A DNA stretch of 64,000 nt from the NCBI GenBank assembly GCA_977017575.1, contig CDRNVI010000002.1, forward strand, positions 124,001 to 188,000. Direction: 5' to 3'. Of the stretch, positions 52,300 to 62,443 are shown in pieces (position 1 is the first letter of the stretch; the number at the start of each line of letters is the position of its first letter). A program made the position numbers and the translations under genes. Below the pieces are notes generated by a model. The model worked only from the letters and a program-made list of their open reading frames with translations, was not told the DNA's origin and made no database searches. Origin of the DNA: Paramoeba atlantica. Lineage: Eukaryota > Protista > Discosea.

Positions 52300-53150
52300 A
52301 CTGCGCCGAGCCTAGAAGACCCTCAACCACCATCCCCACCGTGCGACAACAGTTTCATACGATGGACCAACTCTGCCAGGAATTTCCCCCGGACTCAGCC
52401 CGCTCGGTCTTCAGCAGTGAAGGGGGGAGCCGGAGCTACCGCACCCTCCTTCCGGCTTGCGCACTTCAATAGGAACTCTCGTCCTTGTCGGAGCGCGAGG
52501 CCTTAATGAGGCGCCTGCTTACCATGGAGGCGGTGTGGGGAGCATACGTCGTCCAGAAAATCTGCAAGGCGTGCATAGCCCTCCTCAATGGGCCCACCTT
52601 CGCGGGGGAGCCCAAGGTATGTGGGGCGGCCCTGGAGGCTTTAGGATAGTTAAAATACCTAAGGTTGCGGCTCAACGCGACCAAATGTACGCTGGCCACG
52701 CGCCAACGCAGCCTCCTCTCTGAGTTCTCACAAACCAGAATGGCGCACTCCCCCGGAGGGGTTAAGCTACTAGGGGCTGTGAGACAACCATGGGGAAGGC
52801 CCCGTCAGCAAGAAAACTAGTCTGCATGAGGCAGATACAAAACGTTAATTACACCAAGCGGATGAACCCGTAGCCCAACAGGCGGGAGCACTATACGTGA
52901 TCCTATATGGGAGACACCTGCGGTACCGGGTTGCCCTGACATCCAAGCCTGAGCTCCAATACGTGCGCGGCACAACCCTTTGAAACGAGAAGTTCTGTGT
53001 TCATGCACTGCATTGCAAAAAGGTGAGAGGGAAGACCCACCTTCTAAATTAGAAGGTGCCATTAGACTAATGGCAATAGGGGTGGTCATTCAGAAGGGTA
53101 ATGCCCAGATCGTACAGGCGGCGGTTTCAGGACTGGTACCGCCGCGGGGT
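52300..53150 (+). mobile_element. degenerate CRE/SLACS-clade non-LTR retrotransposon relic
   Basis: One frame gives MDQLCQEFP...ALLNGPTFAGEPKVCGAALEAL...LRLNATKC (52671-88)...GGVKLLGA (52755-78) with two TAG stops. Later, IRLMAIGVVIQKGNAQIV (53061-53114) resembles the CRE terminal RLSVALQRGNA motif. Confidence 0.5.
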
Positions 53151-53541
53151 ACTATAACTGGGCGAGGGGTTTGGGGGAGTGACGAAGAATTCCTAATGAA
53201 TTCGAAGGCTCCTCTTCCTTCTACGGGCCATTCTTCAACTCACATCCTTTTTTTCGCCGCGTATTGCAGATCAGGAGCAAGCATGACGAAACAATTATCG
53301 GCGCGAAACAATCGGCAGAGGCATGTCAATGTTCATGCGAGGAGTAAGGTCGGAATTTCATCAGAAAGTGTAAATAAGCAAGAAAATATCCTTGAAGCGA
53401 TTCGCTGTGCGAGCGAACTGTTTACAATGGTACCGGTTCTTGATGCAGCAGAACAAAATGACGAGGGCATACTTTCCCCTGAAAGTGGTGATCAGCCCTT
53501 TGTTTTGTAAAAGACTTCGTATTAACCACCAGTAGATAAGT

Positions 53542-53778
53542 TTGTGAAGGAGATCTCAGGGGTGGGTGTTGGCATGGAGGAGGAGACGGAGGGCGGTGAG
53601 GGCGCCGAGGGAACGGGTGGGGTAGTGGTGGAGAGGGGAGGTTGTGGGGGAGGTGCCAATACCGTGGACGAGTTTGGTGAAACAGGGCTTGGTCATGGAG
53701 GGAGAGGACGGGGGAGGGGAAAGAGCGGGAAGGCGCCATGTGAAGTTGAGTGAAAGGGGGCTTTACTTTACCTTTCAT
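53542..53778 (-). pseudogene. partial duplicate of the 5' end and leader of the 50492-51952 gene
   Basis: About 240-bp diverged direct repeat of 51795-52038. Encodes MTKPCFTKLVHGIGTSPTTSPLHHYPTRSLGALTALRLLLHANTHP then TGA where the intact copy has TGG. Confidence 0.9.
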
Positions 53779-54002
53779 TGAGTTTTTGTAAAAAGAATCT
53801 CCTATTGTTTCTTAAAGAGGCTTTCATTTACGAATTGTTTATGTTGCAGGGAAGAGACCATTATTACGGAAATAATAAAAATCCATTCGATTTCGTTCGA
53901 TAAGAATCATAGAGGGTAATCAAAGTACAACCAGGGTATTTTCCAACAACCCCGTTTCAGCATAAATTACGCATCAGAACTACAGGCGAAAAGAGATGTC
54001 AT

Positions 54003-57000
54003 CTAGTCACTATCTTGGTCTTTATACTTTTTGTCAAGTGCTGCCGATGAGATCGAACCAAGCGAACTTGTTGATGCTACAGGTGTCTTTTTGATTACAG
54101 GCTGCGAAACAGCTTTTCGTTTTCTCATTACAGTGGTAGGTCTTTTTGGTGCATATTTTTCAACTTTTGGCACGGTGGATGCCGTTGAAACATCTGCTAC
54201 CTGAGTATCCGAGCTTGGTACAATCGACGTAAGCAGAGACTGTAATTGATTGGGCGCGTCATTCCTCGAATTAGGATGAATTTTTTCAAAATCATCCATT
54301 CCGAATACACGTGTTTTCTTGAAGTCAGCTTTCTCTGGAGCATGCGTAGCTGAGGATGAACTAGCGGAATGAGATACTTTATCCTTTTCAAGAACAGCAT
54401 CAAGTTGATGATCAGCATCAGGTTCTTCTATTTCAACGTTGTTCATCATCTTTGTTGCAGATGATTGTTCGACGGGCGATTCGCTGCTTTTTTCGAGTAT
54501 ATTTCTTGTTTGATTGTGAACTGGACGTACAGATTGTGGATTTGGAATAGCGGAAGGAGGCAAAGAGGGCTTGACGGGGGATAATAATTTTTCTGTTAGT
54601 CGAGGCGAAGTAACTTGTTTTTGCCTTTCTTTTTCCCACTGAATTACTTTTCTAAATAAAGTATCCTTTTCTTTGTCGGATATTTCGTGTCCAGGATCGG
54701 GCAAGTCACTTACGCGTTTCCTCTTGTGCTTCATCTTCCGAAGTGTAACTAATTTTTCCATCAATAACGTAAGCCGCTTCGTGTGACAGTGTCGAATCGC
54801 ATTGTCTAACGTACCCTGAAGTTCGAACAAACAGCTGATGTCCAAGGCACGAGCCGTTTGCTCTTCTTCGACAAAGGCGCAGAATAGTTCAAACAAAACT
54901 GAATCCATTTGAATATCTTTTTGAGCAATATCCTCATTGTAACTCTTCGCTCGATTCTTTAGTTCGAGTAATTTACACCCTTGACGTAGCACCCACTCTC
55001 GTTGAACCTGCTGTCTCTCCGTTCCGATAAGTGCTATAGGAACGCGAAACTTTACGCGCTCCGCGGATTGTACAGTTCCGTACGAAGGATAGTACTTCTC
55101 GCTTACTTGCAGCGGCTGAGCCAGTATTGCATCTTCGGCAACACCCCATATCCAATACCTGGATGATCCTTCAATTGTGTTGTCTGGGTCGTACACAGGA
55201 AGCCACGAGTTGCCCCACGCGGCTCGCAGCATACACAGTAAGCCTTCTCGACTGGAGACGTAAAAAAAACCGTCCTCTCCCCAACCCATCCAACTAAGAT
55301 ATTTTACAGGTAACGAGCATTCTAGGATTTGTTGTTGTACGCTGGCGTTGTAAACGTGAAGGTGCAAATCAGAAAAGCATTTCTCGTAGCACACAGCAAC
55401 CAGATCACGATCAACCTTTTTAGACGAAAGAGATGACATCGAAATGCATATGACGCGATGTGGGGACCGCATAACAGAATATTCGACTCCTGCATGAGTA
55501 AAAAACCTTATGTGCTTCGTTGTTGAGATAGCAGCACACCGGGTACCAACTGCAACAAGTTCGATTTCTTCATCTGGCGAAAGTTGAACCCTCCAATCTG
55601 CGTTCGTACCGAGAGAAACGAAAGACTTATAGAATACGGACGTTGCTGTGGCAAGCATAGCTCCATTTTCACCCAAAGAAGCGGAATGAATTCCACTCTG
55701 TTCGTTAATTCGTATTGCCAGTCGTCCGAGGTCATGAAAATGAATTGTAACTTGCTCCCCAACCTTGCATATCATACCGATAGTGTTGTAGCAAAGATAA
55801 CACCCAGCATCGCTGGGGGGAGTGGAACCGATGGGAACTAGCTCATGCAGGTGAACTGATACTGTTTCTGTAGGTTTTAAAATTGTAGGCCCTGGAGCCG
55901 AGCAAGAACTGGCTCCCGTATTTCCATGGTATGAGAAGTCACTGTTTTTGTCCATTTCATCGAGATCTCCCTTTCTTTTGCCGGTCCGTGTTTCCACATC
56001 GGATAACGAATTCCCGGAGCCTTCGTCAAGGAGACTTGCATACGTCGATTTCCTAAGTGGGAGAACGTTGGAGGAAGGGATCTCCATCTCTCCTTCATCT
56101 TCCTCTTCTTCACTACCTTCCTCTGCTTCGTCATCAAGATAGCGGTTACGCACGCCCATAGACCGTAACTCCGTTTTTAAATCCGTCACAACCTCTTCTA
56201 AAGATTCAGATACTGGCGTTTTAGAATGTAAATGAGAGTCAATTTGAACGTTCGAAAATCCTAACTGATGATCAGAAAAACAAACTATCGCATCAGCAGA
56301 GATTCTTATTTGAAAAGGCTCGTGTTCCAAAGAGAGAGTAGGTGCAATACTGTAAGTTTGTCTTCGAAGATTTAGTTTATACGGAGTGAGCTCCTTGGTC
56401 TTAATTCTACCGGCAATACACGTCCTAGGTGAAACCAGAAATGCCGAAAACACGGAGTGTGAGTCCTGACTACGCATTTCAAGAACGAAATTTAAGCCAT
56501 CCTTAGGAGAAAAAGCGTAAAGCGCTACGTTTGTTCCGGTAGGCACTGCGATGTAATCAATTCCATCAAAAGAGCAGCAACTTACCGCAATGCTCTGTGC
56601 CGATGCACGACGCAGCGCCCCAGAAATTACAAGTTGTGAGTAATGTGAGACGTTCCCGGCTGAGGAGTCAAATATTCGTAGCACTCCGTCATCTCCGAGC
56701 GATGCAATATGCTGAGTTGCCAACCTTAACCAGCAGCAAGCCAAGTGGTTGTAGCTTCGAGTGACCACCTCGTCTTCATGATGAGCTTGCATAAGCCGAA
56801 TGTCACCATCTGAAAGCAGCACTCTCAAACCCTCCCCGCCGAGAGCTATAGGACACTCCAGTGCCTTATCCTGATCCGAGCTAACTACTAAATTTCCTAA
56901 AGCCAAACATCGAACTGCAGAACTGGTTTGAAGCAACAACTTCCCATCCGGCTTCGCTATACTGTAACCGCGTACAGATCCATCGCGAGAAGCACTCACC

Positions 57001-57206
57001 ATTATATCGGACTTCTCTGGGTGCAATTCCAGACAAGCGATCTCATCCTCGTGAGGTGAGGATCGGAGACCCGCGATTTCAGTGTCCAAGCACGACGTGT
57101 CGAGGCGTGCGATTTCACACCCCGAGTGGACAACCGTCAAGATGGTTCCTTCATCCGATAGGGCAACCTTGGAAATGCGAACGTCACAAAAATCGTACCA
57201 CTGCAT
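54003..57206 (-). CDS. CTF4: Ctf4/Mcl1/AND-1 replisome adaptor (WD40 plus SepB domain)
   Basis: N-terminal WD repeats (SASRDGSVR, ASLGDDGVLRIFD), acidic linker YLDDEAEEGSE, PIGSTP...YLCYNTIGMI...VTIHFHD...ASLGENGAMLA...DWRVQLSPDEEIELVAVG. Confidence 0.88.
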   Translation of the reverse strand: MQWYDFCDVRISKVALSDEGTILTVVHSGCEIARLDTSCLDTEIAGLRSSPHEDEIACLELHPEKSDIMVSASRDGSVRGYSIAKPDGKLLLQTSSAVRCLALGNLVVSSDQDKALECPIALGGEGLRVLLSDGDIRLMQAHHEDEVVTRSYNHLACCWLRLATQHIASLGDDGVLRIFDSSAGNVSHYSQLVISGALRRASAQSIAVSCCSFDGIDYIAVPTGTNVALYAFSPKDGLNFVLEMRSQDSHSVFSAFLVSPRTCIAGRIKTKELTPYKLNLRRQTYSIAPTLSLEHEPFQIRISADAIVCFSDHQLGFSNVQIDSHLHSKTPVSESLEEVVTDLKTELRSMGVRNRYLDDEAEEGSEEEEDEGEMEIPSSNVLPLRKSTYASLLDEGSGNSLSDVETRTGKRKGDLDEMDKNSDFSYHGNTGASSCSAPGPTILKPTETVSVHLHELVPIGSTPPSDAGCYLCYNTIGMICKVGEQVTIHFHDLGRLAIRINEQSGIHSASLGENGAMLATATSVFYKSFVSLGTNADWRVQLSPDEEIELVAVGTRCAAISTTKHIRFFTHAGVEYSVMRSPHRVICISMSSLSSKKVDRDLVAVCYEKCFSDLHLHVYNASVQQQILECSLPVKYLSWMGWGEDGFFYVSSREGLLCMLRAAWGNSWLPVYDPDNTIEGSSRYWIWGVAEDAILAQPLQVSEKYYPSYGTVQSAERVKFRVPIALIGTERQQVQREWVLRQGCKLLELKNRAKSYNEDIAQKDIQMDSVLFELFCAFVEEEQTARALDISCLFELQGTLDNAIRHCHTKRLTLLMEKLVTLRKMKHKRKRVSDLPDPGHEISDKEKDTLFRKVIQWEKERQKQVTSPRLTEKLLSPVKPSLPPSAIPNPQSVRPVHNQTRNILEKSSESPVEQSSATKMMNNVEIEEPDADHQLDAVLEKDKVSHSASSSSATHAPEKADFKKTRVFGMDDFEKIHPNSRNDAPNQLQSLLTSIVPSSDTQVADVSTASTVPKVEKYAPKRPTTVMRKRKAVSQPVIKKTPVASTSSLGSISSAALDKKYKDQDSD

Positions 57207-57356
57207 GAAGGTTCATTGGAAATTATAAAGCTGACCTAGGTGCGAATTTAAGTAAACTTACTACAGTACATTCGAACTTACTAGAGCACAAAAAGGCATA
57301 AGAGAGTGTTGTTTTCTAGTCAAAGAGGAATAAAAAAAATCACCACCCGGTGCATG

Positions 57357-57935
57357 TCAAGTGTGCTTCTGCAGAAGAGCTTCGTATGCATCGTGAACAA
57401 CATGGAAGTAGGTTGGGGAACCTCCTTGATTTTCAATCTTGTCCGGATGCGTCTTTAGCATTAGCCTTTTGTACGCTTGGCGTATATCGGCATTGCTTGC
57501 GGTTTCCGGAATATTCAGTATTTCATACGGAGAGAACGATGAATAAAATTCGTTCGACAGGCTGGGCACGTTACCATCTTTAGAAATGCGTTCTCTCATG
57601 CTTGTTCGGGATTTTGTGTGACTGGAAGCTCTGGCCAAATTAGAGGAATATTCGAAGCATTCCACGTTGTGCTTCGCAAGATGCCTCCGGGGATTCGTAA
57701 GATCAGTAATATTCAACATTGGGGCGTCTGCATCAAGGGACGCATCCCCTACGTCCTTCGACTGAAAAAGCGGGTCTAATGATGAATCATTCAGCGTTGC
57801 AAAAAGCATTGAATTTTGTATATTATTTACCGTTTCATTCGTAGCAGCCGTAAGTTTATGAGTTTCCCTACATGTGCCGGATCCTACGAGTCCTGAAGTT
57901 TTTTTTTCGGCTTCATCAGGAAAAAGCTCGTTCAT
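57357..57935 (-). CDS. DnaJ-family protein with C-terminal J domain
   Basis: PYEILNIPETASNADIRQAYKRLMLKTHPDK...VHDAYEALL with HPD intact. First ATG at 57935. Confidence 0.88.
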   Translation of the reverse strand: MNELFPDEAEKKTSGLVGSGTCRETHKLTAATNETVNNIQNSMLFATLNDSSLDPLFQSKDVGDASLDADAPMLNITDLTNPRRHLAKHNVECFEYSSNLARASSHTKSRTSMRERISKDGNVPSLSNEFYSSFSPYEILNIPETASNADIRQAYKRLMLKTHPDKIENQGGSPTYFHVVHDAYEALLQKHT

Positions 57936-58251
57936 CAAATAAAGTAAAGCAAGTGACACAAAATCAATAGCTTAGCAAAATATTTTCCAGAGCGTCACGC
58001 TTACTTCCACCTCTCGTAAAATACTATCCTTTCTACATATGGGGGAGCACGATATTCCTGTATGTCTGACATGTCGAGTCTGGCATGTGCGTGCTCTGAC
58101 AAATTCCTGCATATCCTTTTATATAGGGCGATGTTTCTGACAAAAAAAAACTTTTCCAAATGACTTACCCGAAATGAACCTATCAACCAAATGATACATC
58201 ATTGTGATGGGTGCATTTTTACCATACACAGGAGGGTTTACCATGTACACC

Positions 58252-58743
58252 TTAACGTGACCACGACGTAAACTTCGGAGGAGGAACAATAGGACCAGAT
58301 GGGGGGTGACCCCGCCAAATGCCTCGAAACGCGACTTCATCACCAAATGCGCTCGGCCTCTTTGCACTAAACTCCGGCCATGTCATACCAAATTGTAATA
58401 AATCTTTCAGCCTGCGCTCTGATTCAAGTCGCATCATCGCCTCGTATGTCCCGATACATTTTTGCTTCACAAATACCAATGGAAAACTAAGCACTTTATT
58501 TTCGACCATATCCAATGCCTCTTTGTTCCATTTCGTTTGCCACATCCTCCTTAAGAGGTCTTCCACTTCGAGACCCTGTGGGTGTTTGTCGATATAGTAC
58601 TGCCGAGGTTTGGCGTGGTACCAAGCTGCAATGCTGGAGAGTCGTGGCGCTCGTATTCCATCGTAAGAGAAACAAAACCAAGCTGTGTGATTCTCACAGA
58701 TTGCACGCTCGATGAACGAACAAGCGCTGGACGCAGCTAACAT
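58252..58743 (-). CDS. glutaredoxin-fold protein lacking the CxxC motif
   Basis: FIERAICEN...IDKHPQGLEVEDLL...SFPLVFVKQKCIGTYEAMMRLESERRLKDLL follows the Grx pattern. YDGI occupies the CPYC position. Confidence 0.55.
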   Translation of the reverse strand: MLAASSACSFIERAICENHTAWFCFSYDGIRAPRLSSIAAWYHAKPRQYYIDKHPQGLEVEDLLRRMWQTKWNKEALDMVENKVLSFPLVFVKQKCIGTYEAMMRLESERRLKDLLQFGMTWPEFSAKRPSAFGDEVAFRGIWRGHPPSGPIVPPPKFTSWSR

Positions 58744-59003
58744 TTATAGAAACACATGAAACTAAGAATACGCATTTAAAACAAGTATTGTGACAATCGT
58801 CAGAACAAGTCTTTGAGAGCTACTGCTAAATAACTGAAAGATAGTGGATATCACCCTCGTACCATGTTTTCTTCTGTTTAGATAGACCTCACACCTTACA
58901 CTTGTATTGTAATACAATAGCATACCTTTAACATACCTTAGATAGACCTTACACTTTTTTGTATTACAGTAGCATACCATTATAGCGAGTGCATCTCTTT
59001 GTT

Positions 59004-60365
59004 TCAGCTTCTTGAGGAGACGTAACCAAGCGCGATAGATTCAATAACATTGGTATAAGCGGGCCCAACTCTTTCCCATGTATATTTCATTGCGAATTGT
59101 TTGGCTTCGTACCCTAATGTTTCACATTTGGAAGTGTTCAGTAACGCCGCTCTTAGCATTTCTTTCAGCCGTTTCTCCGTTTTGTAAAAGAAATCCCCTT
59201 GTCGAGCTAAGGGAATGTGCTCAGGGTATACCAGACGTTTAGGAAGGATTGGCATCACACCATGAGACATGGCTTCCAAGACACTGAGTCCGAAGAAATC
59301 TTGGTTTGAAGTAACTGGAAGTATGTGGCATTTCTTGACAAGCTCGACGTACTGATCTCTTTCTGCGAATCCCCAGTGCTTGATACAATCCGAAAAGTCT
59401 TTCCGTGCGGTGCTAAAGACAGAAACAGGCCCAGATGAGGAGCTCTCGCCCAATACCACAAGATAAAAGCTATATCCCTCATTTTTCAATTCCTTGAGCA
59501 CCCTGAAGAATCCCTCTGGATTCTTGTCGTATTCCCAGCGATGGTTCCATAGTACGATTGGCGCGAATGAATCAGGTGGAGATGGAGCTATACGCTTACC
59601 CTTCACCCTGCGATTCAGTAATGGTTTCCGAAACGCTGCAAGCTGGGAACATCTTTGCCGCAGCGTTCTCCAGTATTTCACCAATAGGAATTTGAAACTC
59701 AAAGAAGAATCTACGCAAGTAAATTCAAGGTTTTCGATTGCTGGTACGCATGGGTTATTTATACCAATGTAGGCTACGGTACATTTCGCTTCCAAGCCCT
59801 CGATATATTTTAGGTTAGTTTCCCCGTCTGGTTGAGAGCGCAAGTACTTTTGCGCTGCGTCCAAGAACGACTTTTTGTGATAATTGGAGTTGAATAGACA
59901 GAGAGAGGCCGCGAGCGCTGATCGAATCTGTATCATGGAAAAGCGATTTGATGTTCCTGCCAAAACGTCTCGATCGTTCGGTTCCCATGGATATGTCAAC
60001 TGGTTTTCATGACAATAAAGTACGATGCGATCAAATTTCGTTAGAGCCATAAAGGTGGGTACGTCAATCATGTTTGAGATAAGCACGACGTCGGGCGCGC
60101 TGTCATTGTGTCTTGAGTCAACGCGATTGAACCTCGCGTTGAACTCCTGTGCAAGTCGGACGGCGCCAAATTCCATGCGCCATTTCCAATGCTGTCCAGG
60201 AAGAGTCAGCATTGAAACGAAATATGACGGTTTCGCAATATCCTCTGCACCACAGACCAGCGACTCCAAATATTGGCGTAAAGCTTTCGCCCATGTCGCA
60301 TGACTCCCACAAAAATAAGGCTCAATGATTACTACATGTACAGCGTTTTTCAGCTCTTGTGTCAT
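59004..60365 (-). CDS. GTDC1: GT4 glycosyltransferase of the GTDC1/QTMAN (DUF3524) family
   Basis: IIEPYFCGSHATWA, LTLPGQHWKWRM, YCHENQLTYPW, FNSNYH, WNHRWEYDKNPEGFF, DFFGLSVLEAM, PKRLVYPE. Confidence 0.88.
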   Translation of the reverse strand: MTQELKNAVHVVIIEPYFCGSHATWAKALRQYLESLVCGAEDIAKPSYFVSMLTLPGQHWKWRMEFGAVRLAQEFNARFNRVDSRHNDSAPDVVLISNMIDVPTFMALTKFDRIVLYCHENQLTYPWEPNDRDVLAGTSNRFSMIQIRSALAASLCLFNSNYHKKSFLDAAQKYLRSQPDGETNLKYIEGLEAKCTVAYIGINNPCVPAIENLEFTCVDSSLSFKFLLVKYWRTLRQRCSQLAAFRKPLLNRRVKGKRIAPSPPDSFAPIVLWNHRWEYDKNPEGFFRVLKELKNEGYSFYLVVLGESSSSGPVSVFSTARKDFSDCIKHWGFAERDQYVELVKKCHILPVTSNQDFFGLSVLEAMSHGVMPILPKRLVYPEHIPLARQGDFFYKTEKRLKEMLRAALLNTSKCETLGYEAKQFAMKYTWERVGPAYTNVIESIALGYVSSRS

Positions 60366-60480
60366 TAAAAATAATGGAAGCTAAATCTTGAGTCACATAC
60401 TTTGTGCCAGCGATGGAGCATACGGTTCTGGATTAAGAGAATTCAACACTTACATGTGAAAAAATAAAAGGCTATGGTGC

Positions 60481-62088
60481 TTATGGCTTTTGGTAGCACA
60501 GCATATACCTCGCCTTTTGCTGCCCGTTGCTCCAAAATTTGTCAAAAAAACTACATCCATAAGATTCGGGCAAAGGACGTCCCCATAAAAAGTAATTCGA
60601 ACAGGGTATCCAAAGATGACTCAGTTCTTTTTTCATCCTTGAAGCCACATCGAATGCCAGCTTTCCATCATCAGTTACAAACGTGAATCGTCCTCCCGGC
60701 TGTAGAATACGATGTAATGTTCGAAGGAATGTGTTATTGTATAAGTACGTTTCGGCTTCTCCAAGTGATGGGGGTTCTGGAAAATTAACGTAAATACTGG
60801 AAAAGTAGTCAGAGGAACAAAATGACAAAGACTCTCGCGCATCACCCCCGACCAGGGACAAATGGCATGCAGGTATGCGTGCAAACGTTCTCTTGGCCCA
60901 TATGTGAAACAGTCTGTCAAAGCGCAACTCCAAACATGCCCAAGACTGATAGGAGGAAGGTAGAAAAGGTTCGGTGTGGGAGTTGTGTGCTGTACCGAGC
61001 CTTGAGGAAAGGTGTTGAATAATCCAATCTCCGGTGCCGCTACCGATTTCAAGTGCTCGTCCAGATCCAATGGCGTCCCAAGAGGAGGTGTCCCGAATTC
61101 CGTGCGCATATACAGAAGGATCGCGCACAAAAGAAACCTGCGTACTGTCGCAATGATTCATGCCATAAGACCTTGCTTTCAAAATCAAATGCTCCCACGG
61201 CCCTAACATGTAATCATGAAACTCATTCTTTAGATTCGATCCTTTACTGTTCTTATCACTGCTCGACGACCTGTAGTTCTCAAAGGCGGTGGCCATTGCG
61301 TTTACCAGCTTAGATTCACCTCTTATTGCAGCTGTGACACATACAGCAGCGTAACAGATCGGTGTGCCATGGGAGCGATATGTTTCGATTAAGTGCAGCG
61401 CTTCCTTGGTATGAAAACGATGACATAATATTTGTGTAAAACTTTCCACTATGTTAGAAGTAATAACCATACCGTCTTCATTAGGTGACGGACAACTCTT
61501 GTTTTCACCTTGATTAGCGTTACGTTTCTGTATGGCTTCCGCAAAAATAAATCTCGCCAGCTGCAAATGACCTGTGTGTAGACATAACCTCAAAATAGTT
61601 TGCCATGTTCTGATATTTGGGGTAATGTGAGATTGCTTCATTTCTTCATACAGATCCGCAACAAGTCGAAGATTACCATTTTCAGACGCCGCTCGGATTG
61701 CTGCTGTATAGGCTACAACGTTAAAACGGAGTCTCTTGCCCTGTACCTGTCCTCGCAAGGCATCAAAGTACTTGAGCGCCTCGTCGTTCCTCCCCATGTG
61801 AAGGGCGACACTCATTGCTGCAACGAACGTATGCACCGTGGGTTGTATCTGTCGTTCCTTAACAATAACAAATATTTCCTCTAATACGGACGGAGGTACG
61901 CAATTTAGATGGCTCCATCGTCGTAAAAGAGTATTGACACCAAAGCTGTCCGTCCCTGCACGCGCTTTGCGAACACGCGCTATATCCCTCGAAAATAACT
62001 TTCGCTCATGTGTAGATTGCCTTTCGTGGGAGCGTAGTGTTCGGTCACCTGCAATCAATTGCTCTAGCGATGGGATAAAGTTTTCCAT
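60481..62088 (-). CDS. PPR-repeat plus TrmB-like tRNA (guanine-N7) methyltransferase fusion (PPR-TGM type)
   Basis: 35-aa PPR units (QPTVHTFVAAMSVAL, RFNVVAYTAAIRAASENG, TPNIRTWQTILRLC) then LEIGSGTGDW, CLELRFDR, GDARESL, IYVNFPEP, LHRILQPGGRFTFVTDD. First ATG at 62088. Confidence 0.85.
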   Translation of the reverse strand: MENFIPSLEQLIAGDRTLRSHERQSTHERKLFSRDIARVRKARAGTDSFGVNTLLRRWSHLNCVPPSVLEEIFVIVKERQIQPTVHTFVAAMSVALHMGRNDEALKYFDALRGQVQGKRLRFNVVAYTAAIRAASENGNLRLVADLYEEMKQSHITPNIRTWQTILRLCLHTGHLQLARFIFAEAIQKRNANQGENKSCPSPNEDGMVITSNIVESFTQILCHRFHTKEALHLIETYRSHGTPICYAAVCVTAAIRGESKLVNAMATAFENYRSSSSDKNSKGSNLKNEFHDYMLGPWEHLILKARSYGMNHCDSTQVSFVRDPSVYAHGIRDTSSWDAIGSGRALEIGSGTGDWIIQHLSSRLGTAHNSHTEPFLPSSYQSWACLELRFDRLFHIWAKRTFARIPACHLSLVGGDARESLSFCSSDYFSSIYVNFPEPPSLGEAETYLYNNTFLRTLHRILQPGGRFTFVTDDGKLAFDVASRMKKELSHLWIPCSNYFLWGRPLPESYGCSFFDKFWSNGQQKARYMLCYQKP

Positions 62089-62378
62089 TATCAAACACTT
62101 AATGCGTCCCGTAGTTCTTTTTCTGAATAATGAGTAAGTTAGTGCTATAAAATAAATGTATAAATGGCGAATCAATCTTGTGAAGATATAGTAATTTAAC
62201 GTTCTAGGAAAGAAACTATGTATGGCCAGTATGATTGTGAAAGTAAAACATTGCTACACAAAGTTGAGAGCTTATCAATAAACTATAGCACTTCTGCATA
62301 AAGCAATACGTTTAAAAAACGTGGTAGGCGAACTATTGTTTCTGAATCTCAGACTCGCGAAATTATGGATGATATTAA

Positions 62379-62443
62379 GAGGGGTGACTCTGGGGGGAGC
62401 GCCTGGAAGCGCCAAGGACCTTTGTGGATAGGAGTCACCCCTC
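62379..62443. mobile_element. 65-bp Tourist/Harbinger-like micro-MITE
   Basis: TAA|GAGGGGTGACTC...GAGTCACCCCTC|TAA. The interior GGAGCGCCTGGAAGCGC resembles GGAGCGCCTGGGAGCGC at about 24381-24397. Confidence 0.55.

Noticed and set aside
52470-52649. Two in-frame TAG codons in the RT-like frame suggesting stop-codon reassignment
   Set aside because: Conserved genes here end normally in TAG (TPR, CTF4, ArfGAP), TAA (RPL5) and TGA (HVA22), and none has internal stops. The relic is simply decayed.
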